This document shows positions 63,846 to 64,000 of a DNA stretch of 64,000 nt, in pieces (the first letter of the stretch is position 1; each line of letters opens with the position of its first letter). The notes under the pieces are model-generated. The model saw nothing but the letters and a program-made list of their open reading frames with translations. It made no database searches and had not been told where the DNA came from. The DNA is from Alphaproteobacteria bacterium (GTDB lineage Bacteria; Pseudomonadota; Alphaproteobacteria; Bin95). The position numbers and the translations under genes are program-made. Location: positions 1,664,001 through 1,728,000 of the forward strand of contig CBDBGH010000003.1 of assembly GCA_965205265.1 (NCBI GenBank), in the 5' to 3' direction.

Positions 63846-63938
63846 GAGGCCTTCCATGACGCGCTGCTCGCGCCTTCGGAACCGAACGCTGCGCTGAGGG
63901 AGGCTGTCCGCCGATATCGCGAGCGTTTCGGTGACTGA
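63789..63938 (+). pseudogene. Remnant of a DUF1778 (TacA/AtaR-like) antitoxin C-terminus
   Basis: In frame with the aminotransferase: AAERVLGSHERIILSAED*EAFHDALLAPSEPNAALREAVRRYRERFGD*. Resembles the DUF1778 C-terminus, with TAG where TGG (Trp) is plausible. Confidence 0.6.
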
Positions 63939-64000
63939 ACCTCCGCTTGTTGCCGAGCCGCTCGGCCCCGTCGATGTGATTGGCCGCGCGTTCATTGCGG
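63931..64000 (+). pseudogene. Possible degenerate 5' end of a GNAT (TacT-like) toxin, truncated by the window
   Basis: GTG start just inside the antitoxin 3' end gives VTEPPLVAEPLGP. A HCG-like motif (cat tgc gg) appears in a shifted frame, reminiscent of EPL...DRxxFxCG. Confidence 0.4.

Noticed and set aside
63856-63897. 13-aa ORF MTRCSRLRNRTLR preceded by AGGAGG
   Set aside because: The apparent RBS is formed by the TAG GAG G codons of the DUF1778 remnant frame and is likely coincidental.

Overview
GC-rich chromosomal segment of an Alphaproteobacterium, judged from the helicase-hslR-fdxA-carD-rpoH2 block, nadK-moaA, queG and an alpha-type LexA box. It carries housekeeping genes (dnaE, thyX, tRNA-Met, tRNA-Lys) among many catabolic genes: HACL/OXC, TauD, CoA-transferases, GMC oxidoreductases, pcaHG, aconitase X, D-carbamoylase, a peptide-type ABC transporter and an orphan TRAP DctM. 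There is also a UXS/GT2/GtrA/GT-C surface-glycosylation cluster, four toxin-antitoxin loci in different states of decay, and several REP-like palindrome families. No CRISPR array, rRNA, integrase or complete transposase is seen. Main oddities: (1) a LexA-box sigma70 promoter driving a long leader, a stand-alone IS630-derived HTH protein and vapBC; (2) ThyX with a ~32-aa insertion containing the beta-clamp motif QLDLF; (3) a MITE-like element with TIRs and a target duplication nested in a REP palindrome; (4) a ~600-bp low-GC in-frame patch inside dnaE; (5) an aminotransferase tail derived from a DUF1778 antitoxin remnant; (6) an unannotated 31-aa membrane peptide before puuD. All calls come from motif recognition by eye; no database searches were run, and many starts were re-chosen by hand.
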